Virus record (IMG/VR): IMGVR_UViG_3300045973_000169
Coordinates: 1-64,000 of that record
Length of the DNA: 64,000 nt
Direction: 5' to 3' (one strand)
The position numbers were made by a program, and so were the translations under genes. Positions 61,232 to 64,000 of this stretch are shown one piece after another; the first letter of the stretch is position 1; the number at the start of each line of letters is the position of its first letter. The notes below the pieces were generated by a model, which saw nothing but the letters and a program-made list of their open reading frames with translations, made no database searches and was not told the DNA's origin.

Positions 61232-61765
61232 AATCCTTTCCTAGGCCCCATCCTGTAACACTATCCCTCAAAAATAGTGTTATGGTTTGGGGTCTAAATA
61301 ATTTTTGGAGAAACAAATGTTAAACTTAGATAAAAAGAATTTCTATAATGCAGGTTTAAATAAACAATATACAAAGGTTTATAAAGTTGTAACTGTAATT
61401 AAAGATGTAATGCTTAGTATGAATGCTCAAAGAGAAAATTATGGTACTATAATCCCTTCTGTAATGAAAATAAAGTATGAGTATGGTAAAGTATCATATC
61501 CTAAAGTTGGTAAATTGTTCTGTTTCCCTGATTATCAATCAGCAAAAAAATGGTGTGATAAAATGACTGATGGAATAATTATAGTAGGGAAAGGAACTAA
61601 TGTTGAAGAATGTGAGATCTCATATCTTTTAGGAGAAAGAGGATTCAGGCATGTTGAAAGATTTTGGAGTACAAAGAATAAATCAACTATCTCTGAAGCT
61701 ATTTGGCACGTCCCTACAAAAACTTATACTTGTGATTCTTTCACTCCACTTAGGAGAGTAATAGG

Positions 61766-62194
61766 ATGCTAATAGATCAAATCAGAGCAGATAGAATTGT
61801 TGCATTTAAAAACAAAGAAAATATCAAGAAAAACTTACTAGGCTGTCTAATTGGGGATGCCTGTAAGATTGATAAAGAGCCTACTGATGCTTTTGTACTA
61901 TCTATTATTAAGAAGTTTATTGATGGTGCTAAGATTGTAATTGAAAATGCTAAAGATACTGATTATGAGTTCTATCAAGCTAACCAGGAGATTGATATTC
62001 TCGAAACTTATCGTCCTAAACAATTGACTGAAGATGATATTAGGGGTAAAATTTATAGGCTTATAACTGCTGGGTCTATTGAACAGCCTAACCTTCTTAA
62101 TCTTGGTGATATTATGAAATATTTTAAAACTAATTTTGAAGGTCAATATGATGGTGCATTAGTATCTAAATTAGCTAAAAAGATGCTAGTATGA
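61766..62194 (+). CDS. GatB/YqeY domain protein
   Basis: I..D...AFK, E..ILE.Y.PKQL.E, G.IMK......G.YDG..VS. Confidence 0.8.
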   Translation: MLIDQIRADRIVAFKNKENIKKNLLGCLIGDACKIDKEPTDAFVLSIIKKFIDGAKIVIENAKDTDYEFYQANQEIDILETYRPKQLTEDDIRGKIYRLITAGSIEQPNLLNLGDIMKYFKTNFEGQYDGALVSKLAKKMLV

Positions 62195-63160
62195 TTTATA
62201 TAATTGTATGGAATATAGTTCTAACATGTGCTGTTGGAGTACTTCTATATAAGGAACTTACACGAAAAAGTATTGAGGTAGAGTAATATGTATCCACCAG
62301 ATTATAATACTGGTGATGATGATATGGCTCCAGATGATAGAGGTAAAGTAGGAATGGGTGAATTTGCTGATATGGCTATTGATTCTATTATCAATGGCCC
62401 TTATGGTATGTGGTCTCCTAGTTATAATTCGAGATATAATTCAAGCTATAGTAGACCTAAAAAGAGAATTTCATGTAATAAGTGTAATTCTACTATGGTT
62501 TATTGGGAACAACTTTCTAGTGGAAGATGGTGCCTATATGATAGTGTTACTGATAAACCACATGTATGTCGTAAAGGTGATAATAAGAAAGATATAATTA
62601 AACATAGACAAATTTACAGTTGTTTTAATTGTATCTATATTAATCATAAAGATAAGAGTTGTGATGAACATAACTTTATAACTACTTATGATTCTATATG
62701 TAATGATTATGAAAGTAGTATATGACTGATGGTAAATTTTTTAATCCTTTCTCTATCAAACTTATGCTAATAATAGGGATTGTTTTAACTGTATGTTGGC
62801 TAGCAGAAAGTGAACCTAAGAAGAAAGATCCACAACAGACTATTGTAATAAAAAATTATATATATCCTAAAGATATTGTATACAAAAATGTGAGTACAAA
62901 ATGAAAAATGCTTTTGAAATATATAGTGATGCAGAGAAACTTGAAGAACAACTTAAACCATTTCAATACTTTATGGCTGGATGTGGGATAACTGGTTTTG
63001 CGAGTGCTTTTTTAGCAATAATATGGTCTCCATTTGTTTATGGGGTATTTGGTTTGTTTTTAGCTGGTATTATTGCTGGGTTTCTTGTCCAATACGAAAA
63101 TAAAATTGGGCGATGGAAAAGAGAAGCTATTAGACTCTATGGTAGAGATGAAGAGGAGTA

Positions 63161-63925
63161 TTGGTAATGCTTGATCTTACTGATAAAAGATCCTTTTATA
63201 ATATATATCCTATTAAGAAGGCTAATGGTAAGATTAGGATTATACATGCTCCTAAAAAAGAACTTAAAGATGAACAGAAAAAGCTTGCAGATGCATTAGA
63301 AAAATGGTATAATCCTCCTGATTGTGTATTCGGTTTTATCAAAGGTAAATCTCCTAAAGACTTAGCTCAACATCATATTAATAAAGATTGGATTGTTACT
63401 CTCGATATTAAAGATTTCTTTCCAAGTATAACTAAAGCTCTGTTAAAAGAGTTATTAAGATTAGATGACTATTGGATAGAAGTTGCAACTTATGAAGATA
63501 AACTTATACAAGGTAGTCCAGCGAGTCCTATATTAAGTAATCTTGTAATGCTATGGCAGGATAAGTTCTTTGAAATGTATGCTTTTGTAAATGGGTATAC
63601 TTATAGTAGATATGCAGATGATTTAGTGTTATCAGGGATGGGTAAGCCTAAATGGGATTATATCAATTATATAGAGAGCCATTTAAATGGATTAGGTTTT
63701 AGATTGAATAAATCTAAGATTAAATTTATGTTTAAGAATCAAGAGCAAAGAGTTCTTGGTATTACAGTAAATGATAAGGTTAGTCTAAACCATAAAGTTA
63801 GAAAGAAGCTTAAAAATACGATTAAATATAATCCTATGAGCAATGTATTACAAGGCTATATGGCTTATGTTAATAGTATCAATAAAGATCAATTTAATAA
63901 AATAAAAGAACAAACAAAAGGGTAA
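63161..63925 (+). CDS. Retron-like reverse transcriptase (compact, 254 aa)
   Basis: IKK.NG..R.I.AP...LK..Q, GF.KGKS, LAQHH (NAxxH-like), LDIKDFFPSI, QGSPASP.LSN, YSRYADDL, LN..K, VLG (VTG-like). Confidence 0.88.
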   Translation: MVMLDLTDKRSFYNIYPIKKANGKIRIIHAPKKELKDEQKKLADALEKWYNPPDCVFGFIKGKSPKDLAQHHINKDWIVTLDIKDFFPSITKALLKELLRLDDYWIEVATYEDKLIQGSPASPILSNLVMLWQDKFFEMYAFVNGYTYSRYADDLVLSGMGKPKWDYINYIESHLNGLGFRLNKSKIKFMFKNQEQRVLGITVNDKVSLNHKVRKKLKNTIKYNPMSNVLQGYMAYVNSINKDQFNKIKEQTKG

Positions 63926-64000
63926 CAAATGGAAGGCAATATTGAACCTATTGGTCTTTATAATCCGGAAATTGTAGATGCTAAACTATTAAAATATATC

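Noticed and set aside
63161-63925. Diversity-generating retroelement or group II intron
   Set aside because: No TR/VR repeat pair, no intron RNA or maturase domain seen; the motifs are retron-like.
1-64000. Stop-codon reassignment (common in large phages)
   Set aside because: Conserved genes are full length in code 11 and end in TAA, TAG or TGA; no suppressor tRNA seen.

Overview
This is a segment of a large, AT-rich dsDNA tailed bacteriophage genome in the standard genetic code. (1) 1-12.9 kb, minus strand: a late/packaging module with portal (truncated at the window edge), large terminase, probable virion proteins, an HNH nuclease, a metallophosphoesterase and a metacaspase. (2) ~13.1-24.4 kb, plus strand after a divergent switch: a visibly more GC-rich 'early' block with a 1030-aa single-subunit double-psi-beta-barrel RNA polymerase (YonO/QDE-1-like, NGDFDGD) and tRNA-Leu. 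(3) ~25-64 kb, plus strand: an AT-rich accessory region. It holds tRNAs and atypical tRNA-like RNAs, tRNA-associated HNH nucleases, bacterioferritin, an RlmN-like radical SAM enzyme and a Prs-like + Nampt-like NAD reconstitution cluster. It also holds an RNA repair set (PNK, phosphoesterases, Rnl2-type ligase, CCA-adding enzyme), an HD hydrolase, SPFH, YqeY and a retron-like reverse transcriptase. The most striking element is at 33.7-38 kb. A DUF2828/vWA gene (Ro60/TROVE-like by inference) is flanked by four repeated stem-CAGCAA-anticodon-loop small RNAs. A circularly permuted copy of the same module sits inside a tRNA-Lys, and a ~340-nt structured RNA and expanded tRNA-like RNAs lie alongside. 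I read this as a candidate Ro60/Y-RNA-like tRNA decoy or repair system. All protein calls come from motif recognition by eye; no searches were run.
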